Below, in pieces: positions 11,753-31,209 of a stretch of DNA of 64,000 nucleotides (within the stretch, counting starts at the first letter, position 1; every line of letters starts with the position of its first letter). This DNA comes from Antechinus flavipes. Taxonomy: Eukaryota. Position numbers and translations under genes: made by a program. The notes below the pieces were generated by a model. It made no database searches and was not told where the DNA came from. It saw only the letters and a program-made list of their open reading frames with translations. The stretch is from NCBI RefSeq assembly GCF_016432865.1, contig NC_067400.1, positions 613,862,001 through 613,926,000 of the forward strand. The letters run 5' to 3'.

Positions 11753-12899
11753 GGCCCGGCCGCTGCCCTCGACCCGCCGCCGCCGAGGGCGCCCGCCCCG
11801 CCGCCGGCCCCGGGGCCCGAGCGGGGGAAAGAGAACCGCACTCGTGCCGCCCAGGGACAGCGCCCTCTCCGCCGCCCCGCCCCCCCCCTCTCTGGAGTGC
11901 GAAACTGCTGGGGCCTTCGCCCCTCCCCCCCACCCCGGGCTCGGGATGAGCCCCCCCCCGGACCCCGATCGGTTCCGGGGTTGCTGAGCGGGATGGGTTC
12001 TGTTGTCGGAGACCCTCCTCTGGACCCTGATGCAGAATGGACTGTCGTGTTCCAAGAAGGGCCTCTCCCCTCCCCCGATGGATGGCAGAACCCAGGGTGG
12101 GCAGTGGGCAGCGCCTGCAGGCTCGGGGCACTTAGCCTTCCTCTGGATGGTAGGACCGGGTGACGGGAATCCGTTTCCCCTCCCCATTTGAAGAAGCCAC
12201 CATTGGGAAGGTGTCCCTGCTAAACCCGGCCCCAGAATCCTCTACTCATGCGGGGGGCTCGTATAGTCGGGGGCGCTGCGGGGGGAACTCCTCAGACCCA
12301 GGGTAGGATAGCCGCCCTCCGAGGCCTCATCCATCTCTGAGATTTTGCGATTCATGTGGTCCGCCTTGCGCCGGCTTCCGGTTCCCCTCCTGAGGAGCGG
12401 GGAAGAGAGTACTGAGCCCCCTAGAGGAGCGGGGCCCCGCTCGAGAAGACGGGCCCCCCGGGCCCCCCGGACGCCCCGTAGGTGCTGCCAACCCGGGCAA
12501 ACGGTCTCATCCAGAATGCCAGGAAAAGAGGTTCCTGGGAGGGGGTCCCCGCCGAGCCGGCTCTGCCATCCGTCCCGACCCTGCCCCACCCCACCCCCAC
12601 CATACCAACTGAGCTCCCCGGCCTCCGGGCTTACAATGCCCCAGGCCCCGCCCCGCCCTGCCCTGCCCTGCCCTCCCGGTCACTGGGCAGGCCGAGGGGG
12701 CCGGCCGGCCGGACACCCAGCAACCGGGAGACCCCCTCCCTCCTCCCCCCGGGAACATGAGTTAACAAAGAGCCTCCTGTGGACTCACACACGCGCCCCT
12801 CCCCGTATTCTGCCTGGCGCCCGGGCTGGGGAGCAGGGGCGGGGGCCATCCCTCTGGGCCGGGAGACCACAGACTGGTGGCCTCCCAGAACGCGACCCA

Positions 12900-15320
12900 A
12901 TCTTCCGCCGGCTCTAGTTCCCACCTATAAAGGAGGCTCGCTATCTAATGCTGGCTCTAGTTCCCACCTATAAAGGGGGCTCGCTATCTAATGCTGGCTC
13001 TAGTTCCCACCTATAAAGGGGGCTCGCTATCTAATGCTGGCTCTAGTTCCCACCTATAAAGGGGGCTCGCTATCTAATGCTGGCTCTAGTTCCCACCTAT
13101 AAAGGGGGCTCGCTATCTAATGCTGGCTCTAGTTCCCACCTATAAAGGGGGCTCGCTATCTAATGCTGGCTCTAGTTCCCACCTATAAAGGGGGCTCGCT
13201 ATCTAATGCTGGCTCTAGTTCCCACCTATAAAGGAGGCTCGCTATCTAATGCTGGCTCTAGTTCCCACCTATAAAGGGGGCTCGCTATCTAATGCTGGCT
13301 CTAGTTCCCACCTATAAAGGGGGCTCGCTATCTTCCGCCGGCTCTAGTTCCCACCTATAAAGGAGGCTCGCTATCTAATGCTGGCTCTAGTTCCCACCTA
13401 TAAAGGGGGCTCGCTATCTAATGCTGGCTCTAGTTCCCACCTATAAAGGGGGCTCGCTATCTAATGCTGGCTCTAGTTCCCACCTAGAAAGGGGGCTCGC
13501 TATCTTCCGCCGGCTCTAGTTCCCACCTATAAAGGAGGCTCGCTATCTAATGCTGGCTCTAGTTCCCACCTATAAAGGGGGCTCGCTATCTTCCGCCGGC
13601 TCTAGTTCCCACCTATAAAGGAGGCTCGCTATCTAATGCTGGCTCTAGTTCCCACCTATAAAGGGGGCTCGCTATCTAATGCTGGCTCTAGTTCCCACCT
13701 ATAAAGGGGGCTCACTATCTAATGCTGGCTCTAGTTCCCACCTATAAAGGCGGCTCACTATTTTCCGCCGGCCTAGTTCCCACCTATAAAGGAGGCTCAC
13801 TATCTAATGCTGGCTCTAGTTCCCACCTATAAAGGCGGCTCACTATTTTCCGCCGGCTCTAGTTCCCACCTATAAAGGAGGCTCGCTATCTAATGCTGGC
13901 TCTAGTTCCCACCTATAAAGGGGGCTCGCTATCTAATGCTGGCTCTAGTTCCCACCTATAAAGGGGGCTCACTATCTAATGCTGGCTCTAGTTCCCACCT
14001 ATAAAGGAGGCTCGCTATCTTCCGCCGGCTCTAGTTCCCACCTATAAAGGAGGCTCGCTATCTAATGCTGGCTCTAGTTCCCACCTATAAAGGGGGCTCA
14101 CTATCTAATGCTGGCTCTAGTTCCCACCTATAAAGGGGGCTCGCTATTTTCCACCGGCTCTAGTTCCCACCTATAAAGGCGGCTCACTATTTTCCGCCGG
14201 CTCTAGTTCCCACCTATAAAGGAGGCTCACTATCTAATGCTGGCTCTAGTTCCCACCTATAAAGGGGGCTCGCTATCTAATGCTGGCTCTAGTTCCCACC
14301 TATAAAGGAGGCTCACTATCTAATGCTGGCTCTAGTTCCCACCTAGAAAGGGGGCTCGCTATCTTCCGCCGGCTCTAGTTCCCACCTATAAAGGGGGCTC
14401 GCTATCTAATGCTGGCTCTAGTTCCCACCTATAAAGGGGGCTCACTATCTTCCACCAGCTCTAGCTCCCACTCTACAAAGGCGGCTCACTATTTTCTGCC
14501 AGCTCTAGTTCCCACCTATAAAGGGGGCTCACTATCTAATGCTGGCTCTAGTTCCCACCTATAAAGGGGGGCTCACTATCTTCAGCCGGCTCTAGTTCCC
14601 ACCTATAAAGGCGGCTCATTATTTTCCACCAGCTCTAGTTCCCACCTATAAAGGCGGCTCACTATTTTCCACCAGCTCTAGTTCCCACCTATAAAGGCGG
14701 CTCACTATCTAATGCTGGCTCTAGTTCCCACCTAGAAAGGGGGCTCGCTATCTTCTGCCGGCTCTAGTTCCCACCTATAAAGGGGGCTCACTATCTAATG
14801 CTGGCTCTAGTTCCCACCTATAAAGGGGGCTCACTATCTAATGCTGGCTCTAGTTCCCACCTATAAAGGGGGCTCGCTATGTTCCGCTGGCTCTAGTTCC
14901 CACCTATAAAGGCAGCTCACTATTTTCCGCTGGCTCTAGTTCTCACCTATAAAGGGGGCTCACTAATGCTGACTCTAGTTCCCACCTATAAAGGGGGCTC
15001 ACTAATGCTGACTCTAGTTCCCACCTATAAAGGGGGCTCACTATTTTCCACCAGCTCTAGTTCCCACCTATAAAGGGGGCTCGCTATCTTCCGCCGGCTC
15101 TAGTTCCCACCTATAAAGGGGGCTCACTAATGCTGGCTCTAGTTCCCACCTATAAAGGGGGCTCACTATCTTCCACTGGCTCTAGCTTCCACCTATGAGG
15201 GGGGCTCACTAATGCTGGCTCCAACTCTCACTCTATAAAGGGAGCTCACTAATGCTGGCTCCAACTCTCACTCTACAAAGGGGGCTCACTATCTAATGCT
15301 GGCTCTAGCTCCCACTCTAT
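12900..15320. repeat. 43-bp minisatellite array, ~56 copies
   Basis: Unit GCTCTAGTTCCCACCTATAAAGGGGGCTCGCTATCTAATGCTG (starts 12911, 12954, ...); tail variants TATCTTCCGCCG / TATTTTCCGCCG; units decay into unique sequence at the right end. Confidence 0.99.
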
Positions 15321-15705
15321 GAGGAGGGGTTCCCTGAGGGTGGGAGCAAACCACATTGCCCTCTCTGGAGGGGAGAGGATTTTTTATCTGGACTGCAGCT
15401 CTGTCCTCCCTCCCACCCTTGACCAAGGGGGACTCCAGGCAGTGCCATCCATGCCCCCTCTAGAACAGCCTTCCATGAGGACCTGTCCCAGGCTCCTTCC
15501 ACAAGGGCCCGGGCTCCCTGAACGTGCCCTCCCCGATCACCCACCCCTCCGCGGGGGCTCTCCGAGGCCAGCCATAGGCACCCCCCAGTCTGGCTTCTCC
15601 TGGTCCCTTTGGACCCAAGGGTGGCGGACAGGGCCCAGTGAGCGCCGCAGTGAAGGCCCAGAGCCTGCCAGAAGTGACCAGACAGAGTAGCGGACTTGGG
15701 GTTAC

Positions 15706-15711
15706 TTTATT
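15706..15711 (-). terminator. PRX polyadenylation signal
   Basis: tttatt on plus = AATAAA, ~185 nt after the PRX stop. Confidence 0.8.
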
Positions 15712-15895
15712 CATACCGGTCGGCTCTTGGCCAGTACACAGATCTCTTCCCCGAGAAGCGCGCAGCCTGGGCGGGAGCTGGTGCCCAGTGGCACCCGGGC
15801 TACCCCCCCCAGGCCTCGTAGGGTTAATGCTAGTAGGATCTAACACACGGGATTTGGGGCTGGACAGGGAATCGCCGCTGCCTCCCCCAGAGGAA

Positions 15896-23962
<8,067 letters not shown>

Positions 23963-24859
23963 GGTGCCTCCAGAGGTTGAGGCCGGAGCCCCGAATGCAG
24001 CCCGCCTCTCTCCTTTCTTCTGTAGCACTTGCTTCAGCTCTGCATGGAGCAGAAGCTTCTGGGCCTGCAGGGGGAGGGGTCGGGGGCGTGAGGGAGAGGG
24101 CGGGTCTCTTCAGGGAGCAGAGAACAGGATCAGGTAAGGGCTGGGGGGGAGGGGGCTCACCCCCCACTAGTGCTTATAGGTGTGAGATAGGACCTTGGGC
24201 GATATCCGGGGCCCTTTGCGAGGCCTGGGGACTTGCCCGGGATCCCTCCGCTTGGAGCTGGAGGAAATCCAGTCGGGCTCTCTCACTCCATTGGGAGGGG
24301 CCGACAGACCCAGGTCCCCGAGAGAGCGCGGACTAATGGGCAGGGGAGACGGGTTTGAACTGGGCTCTGGGCCCCTCCCCCCCAGCCCCCTCTCAATTTT
24401 AAAGCTGGGTAGCGCTGGATTAGTCAGTCGCCCTTTCTGAGTCTGGGGTCCCTCAGAACGGGAGCCACATTTGTATGGCCTCGCTCGCGGGGTGGGACGG
24501 ACGGGGAAACAAAGGCCCGGACGATTTGCTCGCGGAGCCCGGCCCGGGGTCCGCCGCCCGCGCCTCCCGTTGCCTGCTCCGGTGGGGGCGGGAGACTAAT
24601 GGGGCTCCGGGGGGAAGACCCGACTTCGGGCGGCCCCGCCCCCCAGTTCTGATTCTCACCGCCCTCTCGGCGCAGGGCGCGGCTGCTGGGGGGCGCTGAG
24701 CCCAGAGCGCTGGGGGGGCCGCCGCTCTCCCCTTCTCTCCTGGAGCACTCGCCTGTGGGGGACGAAGCAGCCAGAGACTGAGCCGCCGAGAACAAGCCTT
24801 TGGGCGCCTGAGGTGCCGGCCCGCCCCCCGAGCGAGGCGGAGGGGCCTCGGCCACTCAC

Positions 24860-24915
24860 CTCAGCGCCGCCGCCGGTCCCGGGAACGTTCTTGGTCTGAG
24901 ACTGCCTGGGGGACC
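24860..24915 (-). other. PRX: Candidate 56-nt PRX upstream exon
   Basis: Acceptor ggtctcttcccag| at 24916/24915 and donor GAG|GTGAGT at 24860/24859; open in frame with the downstream ATG exon (23936-24064). Confidence 0.6.
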
Positions 24916-27900
24916 CTGGGAAGAGACCGGGCCATGAGGAAGCCTTCGGGCCGGGGCTTACCGGGGTCCTGGGATCGGGGCTCCCCGCAAGTCCCCACGG
25001 GATGGGAGGGATAAGAGAGGGAGCCTGGGCTTCCCCGACCTTTCCAGGAGACACAGGGACAGGGAGACGGGGAAAAGCTGGGAATGGGGAAAAGACCGGG
25101 AGACGGAGGGAGAGACCGCCCGACACCCACAAATAGCGTCTGAAGCCGAGCTTGGTTTAGCCCCGGAGAACACAAGTGGTAGAAGAAGCTGAGAACAGAG
25201 ATCAGAGGCCGGGCTCTTTTTACAGGTGGGGAAACTGAGGCACAAAGAAGCTAAACGACAGGACCGTAGTGCCAGAGCTGGGAAGCTCTTGGGGTCCGTA
25301 CACTAAAACACTATTTCACAAAGGAGAACAAAACTGAGGAGTTAGATCGCCTGCCCAAGTTCCCGCGGGTGGGGAGCAGCAGAGTGGGGAGATTTGAGCC
25401 AAAGAATGAACTTCCTAACAGACAGAGCGGCCCTGAGTCATGGGCTGGTAGCGAGGTCCCGGCCAGGGGCTTTCAGGCAGAAAGGGTGATGTGTTTGCTC
25501 AGGAAAGGGCCAGATTCCTGCCTGCCTGTGAGCCTGACCTTGGGAGAGGCGTTCAGCCTCCCAGCCTCAGTTTCCTTATCTGTAAAGGTGGCTGCAGCTC
25601 TCCTCTCCCCCTGGGAATCCTGGGCTTCCAGACTGGGCGACTCACCCCCTCCGAGCTCTCCGGAGGCGCCTGCCCCAAGGTCCTCTCCTCGTCTCTGAGC
25701 CCCGCCCTCGCCCCCCACCTGGGCCCGGCCCCTCCTTCCTGGCAAGCCCGTCCCCAGTGGGGTTGGCATCTTGACTTCGCCCCCACTCTGCTGAAAGGTC
25801 AGCTCTCACAAGGCCCGTTTTCAGGAACAATAGGGCCCCTCCCCACCCCTCCCTGCTGGGCAAATTCCCACCCCCTCCCAACTGCACAAAGCCCCTTCAG
25901 AGCCCACCCCCAGCGGGCCGACGGGTCCCCGGGAGCATTTGGGTGACCCGGGGGCCCCTCTCCCCCGCCAAGGTCCTCTCCGCCAACACGGAGCCTCAGC
26001 CCGTCCTCCCTCCCTCCCTCCCAACGCAAGGACCAACAAACAGACCAGTTGCCCAAGCTACAGGACACGGTCTCTGCCCAGGACCAGAAATGCGATCTGC
26101 AGCAAGTGCCTGCCCCTTTCTGGGCCTCGGTTTCCCCAGCTGCAAAGTGTGCTGGCTGGTCCGGGGCTGGCTCCCTCCACAAGCTAAGGAGACCGGGTTC
26201 CTCCTGTTTGTAGCTAAGGAAACTGAGGCAGGAGGAAGTAACAGCCGGGTCAGAGCTAGCAGGTGAACCTGAGGCTGTCCACAGGGAGATAGTCTTTCGG
26301 GAGCTGGGACCAGGTTGCCCTGAGACCATTATCCCTCGTCTGGCTCCCTCCGTCTCTGGCCCCACTACTTCTATCTCTCTTCGGTCTGAGCTCCCCAGCT
26401 GTTTCCTCTCCTGGGGCCCCAAACCCCGGCCCCAGGTGCCAATGGGGCCCCCTCACGTGGAGGCAGAGCTAGAACGGCTCCCTGCGCCCCTGAGCTCCGG
26501 GGAGGGTCCCCAGCTGGACCAGGACGCCCGGCGGGCAGGGGCAGGGACAGGAAGACCAGCTGGGCCTGGGCAGGGCAGGGTGGGGAGCAAGGATGCCCTC
26601 TGTCCTTAGCCTCGGCGGGTGGGACAGGACATCCCCTTTTCTTCCGGCCTTCCCCGGCCACACCCTTCGGTACCCTCCTGTCTAACTCTTGCTGGGAGAG
26701 AATAAGGGGCAGGAAGTCCACCTTGCCTCCAGTTCCCGCCCTTGCCTGTCTCCTGACTTACCCCGCATCCCCGTCAGCCCTTCCACTAGTACTGAACAGG
26801 GAAACTGGGGCCCAGAGAAGGAAAAGAGAATGGGGCCAGGGGCCTTGGAACTGGCAAGGCCTTTGGGGACTCCCTGCTGCGAGGGGGAGCTTATTTCCAA
26901 ACTGATAACTGATTCCCAGTTATCTTTTTATCCCCTCCATTTCGCCAGGCTGCCTGAGTTAGGCCCCTGAGCTAACCCAGCTCCTCCGTTCCCAGAAGAG
27001 ACTGAGGCTCCCCGAGCTGAGCTGGCCTGGTGGCCACGGTGCCCAGAGACTGAACTCGGGGTCCTGATGCCAACCTCGGGGCCCTGGGGCTCACCTGAAA
27101 TCCCAGAGTCAGGCCCTAATGGCAACTATTTTACATGATTAAGCATGAGCGTAAATAAGAGGAATTGCTTGAGAGAATGCTAGAATATTGGCGCTAGGAG
27201 GGACTTCTGGGTCGCAGAGCCCATCCCTCCTCCTCCACTCAGCCGCCCTACACTTGGGAGGGACCCCAGTCCCGGCTTAGGAGGCTAAGTGGTCCAAGTC
27301 CGGCCTTAGAGACAGCCCGGTCCAGGCGCCCTTGATTTACAGGGGAGGGAACTGAGGCCTGGAAAGTGAAGGCTTTTCCCCCGGGAAGTCCGCCTCTGAA
27401 GCAGGGCTCGCTCCCAGAAAGCAGCAGTCCCAGAAGCCTTTGCGCAGGATCAAGCTGCCTGGCCCAAACCCAGGTTCCCCGACCCAGGGGAGGGCTCCCG
27501 GCTTCCCTCAGACAGGAGATGGAGAACTTCGGAGAAGCTCGTGTAACGAGGCAGGGAAGAGGCAGTACATCTAGACCCCGAGGTTCTCTGACCCCCTGCG
27601 GGAAGCCCCTTGCTGCCCCTCGCCCAGAGAAAGGCAGTGCGGCCCAGAGGCAAGAGTTGCCAACTTGGGATTCGAAGAGCCTGCGCTGGACGGGGGCTGT
27701 TACCAGCTCTTTGACCTTGGATGACGACTGTCTCTCCCACGTCATCTGTGAAGGAGGGTTCTCGATTAGCCCCCCTAAAAGCCCCGTATCCTGCGAACCC
27801 CTGCTCTGACACCGCCTGAGCAAGTCGGGGAGATGCTTCTGAGCCACGGCGGGGAGACTGATTTTAGCTCTCCCCATCCAGCTCCTGCTTCTGCCCTTAC

Positions 27901-28491
27901 AGAAGCGAGGCCCTTTCCGGGGCTCTCCATCCCTCCTATTAAAAATTGGGGGAAAGGGGTCAGACCGAGGCTTTAGTCACCCCAGAGGTACTGGGCTCAG
28001 GTCCCCACCCTGGTTGGGGGTTCTGGAGAAGTCACCCTTTCCTCCACTGAGACAGGGTGGCCGAGGGGAACGGGGGAAGGGCTCCCCCATTGGAGGGTCT
28101 AAGGGGGGGCCCTGGAGGCCGCTGGCTTGGCGGAAATCAAGGGTCTCAGCAAAGGCGCGAGCCCAGTGGCCGGTTCCTCGCCCCCAGCTTGGCTCTCTGT
28201 CACTCCTTGGGCTGAGCCTAGAACTTGGAGAACCTTGACTCCTGAGCATTCTCTTCCCAGGGCTTTGCCCTCCTGGTCTCCAGCCCAGCCACCCCCCCAG
28301 ATACAGTACCCCCCTCAGCCTTTTCTTCTGAGGTCTCGGGCACTCTGCCCCCAGCTCTCTCCCAGAATTTAGGCCTCCAGCCCAGGCCCCTGCCCCCCAA
28401 ACTTCTCCTCCCTGGGCATCCTAGCTCCCCGGGCCCGTCTCCAGATTTCGGGGTTCTGAACCTGCAGCTGCTCACACGGGGGCTCCCTTAC

Positions 28492-28560
28492 CGTCCGCCT
28501 GGACCGCCGGCTCTGGATGCCCTGGCTGCGCTGCCCGAGCCGGGGGAAAAGGAACTGGCC
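28492..28560 (-). other. PRX: Candidate non-coding first exon of PRX with proximal promoter
   Basis: Donor ACG|GTAAGG at 28492/28491; no ATG; upstream TGTGGGAGG (EGR-like) and CCAAT on minus (~28580-28605). TSS not defined. Confidence 0.45.
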
Positions 28561-29279
28561 GGGAGGGGGGGCAGGGGGGATGTGGGAGGGCTCCTCTCAT
28601 TGGCAGATGTCACGAGAGGGGCTGGGTACAGGGGAGGGGTGCATCTCCCTCCCCACCCCCTCCAGCTTTCTCTCTCTCCACTCTTTGCAAGGGAAGCTGC
28701 TGGGCAGGGCCTGGCACTGGGAACTTGGGCCCCGGCCAGAGAAGCTTTGCCTCTGAACCCTCCCCATACACTTACTGACCCTGGGCGAGTCAATATTAAG
28801 AATCTTTTTCTTGTTTTTTTGGTTTTTTTTCTCTTGTGGTTTTCCCCTTTGTTCTGATTTTTTCTCTCCCAACAGGATTCATAAATGTGTATGTAAAAAA
28901 ATTGTGTATTAAAAAATTTAAAAAAATCAATATAAAAAAATAACCAGAAAACTAAAACATACCAAAAAAAAAAAAAAAAAAATCTGTCAGAGCTTCAGTT
29001 TACTCATCTACAAAATGGGAATAATGGCGCCTGTCCCATTGGAGCTGGGGAGTTTAAGTGGGATAAGACAGAAAGGGGAGAGTGGATTCGTGATGTTGTT
29101 GGCCCAGGAAGTCCCGGGTGAGGAAATTCCTTCTCCTGCTGCAGATCAGCACTCTCCCCGGCACCATAGCCTTAGAGACTTGCCCAGCAAGGGTAATTAG
29201 CGGGGATTTGCCCAGAGTCAGCCATTCAGACCCGGCTCGAACCCAAGACTTCTTGAGGCAGGTGGTGCTGCGGGGTATA

Positions 29280-29490
29280 GGGTGCTGGACCCGGTGTCAG
29301 GAAAAGCAGCCCCAGTCCCTTAACTACAGTGGTGCTGGCCAAGTCACTTTACCCCGTCTGCCTCAGTTTATTCAGCTGTCCAATGGGGTTAGTAATAATA
29401 GCCGTTTCCTAGAACAGGGTGTGAGGATCAAACATTTCTCAATCAGCACGGTGCCTGGTATACAGTAGGTGCTGAATAAATGCTTATTAT
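29280..29490 (+). mobile_element. MIR SINE
   Basis: gcctcagttt...aatgggg...gtgaggatcaaa...gtgcctggtatacagtaggtgctgaataaatg. Confidence 0.8.
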
Positions 29491-30859
29491 CTTCCCTCCC
29501 CTTATTCCCTGGCTTCAAAGCTGACTGTCCGTAACACTAAGTATAAAGCACCTTGCAGGCCGAGAAGTGCCAGAGACATAGTGTTACTGTGGCCTCGGGG
29601 GGCCCCTTCTGTTTGCCACCCTCAGTTTCCTTCTCTGTCAAATGAGGCGGGCGAGGAATGTGCGCTCTCTTCCGATCCCGAGTCCTCCAGTGCCACGGCT
29701 TTTATCCAGACTGATTTTTGAGGGCCAACGTTTGCCAGGGGTCAGCTGGGGAGAGGGCGGGGGGGGGGGGGTGATAGTGAATGTTTAACAACCGGCTCTC
29801 CAAAAGACCCAAATCCGGATCCACCTGACATAAAGTTGACATCACTAACATTTTCTCTGTCACTTTTCTAGGTCTAGAATATCCACAAACCACCTGGATG
29901 GGGCGGGGAGCTCTTCCTTTTAACCCTTGCCAATTTCCGAGCATTCTCACGCTGAGAATTGGAACTGTTGCTCTGCTGGCGGAAGCTGGTTCCAGCCCGA
30001 TCCCTGGGGGTCCTGGGGAAAGGTTCGGGGGCTTCCTGGTGGCAGGACCAAGGACGGAGGGGCCGGCGGCATTCTGGGGAAGGACGCGTTCCTCTTCCCC
30101 CCTCCCCTGCTCGCTGCGTCCTGGGGAAATCTCCAGATCCCAGAGGGAGCGCGGGCCGGAGCGTGCACGCGCTCACACAGGCTCTCGGAGGAACGCCTGC
30201 CCCTCTCGCTGCCTCGGTTTCCCCGGAGGTTAACACCCATTTCACGAGCATCCCCACCTAACAGCAGCGATCCCAGAGCGCCGCTTGCATGTCCATTTAA
30301 GAACTCTCCGGGGCCCGGTCCCACTAGATCCCACGGCAGCCCTGGGACCCCCCGTTTCCCCGAGGAGGAAGCTGAGTCTCAGGCCGCTGGGGGGCTGCAG
30401 GCGAGGGTCCGAGGGCTTGCTGACCGGGTACCCCGCCCCCCAGCCCGCCGGCTCCCGAGCCCTCCGGGTTCCCAGGGTTTGAGGAGGAGTCGGCGGGAAG
30501 CCTGTGGAGAGCACCGGGGAGGCGGGGGCGCCCTCCTTACACTTGGCCCGCGGGGCTCCTATCTGGGCCCGGGCCCTTGCTTCATTCCCAGGCTCTCCTG
30601 CCATCGGCTGCAGGGACGGGCGCTGGTGGGGGGGCAGACCCCTGAGGTCTGAGTTCCAATCCTGCCTCGGGTTATGGAATCTTGAGCCTCAGTTTTCCCT
30701 TTCAGAGAATGGGAATAATGGGAATGATACCTTATAGATCTCTGAGCCCCTGAGAGAGGACCAGGACTAAGGTGGAGCCCCAGGGTTTCCTGAGGAGAGT
30801 TTGCCCTGAGCTCTTCCCCTCTCTCCTCCCTCCGGATCCTTCTCCTCTCCCAGACTCAC

Positions 30860-30902
30860 CTGGTCCCGCGGGTTGGCACAAGGAGCAGAAGTAGGTCCAC
30901 AT
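30860..30902 (-). CDS. PRX: Candidate alternative coding first exon of PRX (MWTYFCSLCQPAGP-G)
   Basis: GGGGCC-ATG context, 43 nt, strong donor CAG|GTGAGT, phase 1 matching the 56-nt exon. Inferred, no transcript evidence. Confidence 0.5.
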
Positions 30903-31209
30903 GGCCCCGTCCTGGGCAGAGCTCCCCGCGCCCTGCCTGCGGCTCCCTGCCTGGCCGGAGCTCCTCTGCGCCCGGGAATGGGGCCGCTGGGTCTGGGGGA
31001 TTAGCTCAAACTGCCTGTCAGCAGCTTTGTGGCCCTCGCCATTGTCCCTGCCCAGGGGACCGCCGCCGGGGCTGCCCTGTGCTGCACTGACCCAGCATGC
31101 CCTGGTCCCGGACCCCCGGGGCAGCCACCCCCGACCGCAGACCCGGATGAACAAAGGGATGCCTGATGTCCAACCTGGAGGGGCCCGTGGGGGAGACTGA
31201 GAGAGACAG

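Noticed and set aside
9959-12187. 742-aa single-ORF version of HIPK4
   Set aside because: Reads through introns 1 and 2 and leaves the kinase frame; the four-exon model restores the conserved protein.
12900-15320. CRISPR-like array
   Set aside because: Head-to-tail repeats with only two or three recurring tail variants, no unique spacers, no cas genes, vertebrate context.
24916-24961. 46-nt intron between the donor at 24961 and the acceptor at 24916
   Set aside because: Below the normal vertebrate minimum intron size; the sites are more likely alternatives or one is unused.
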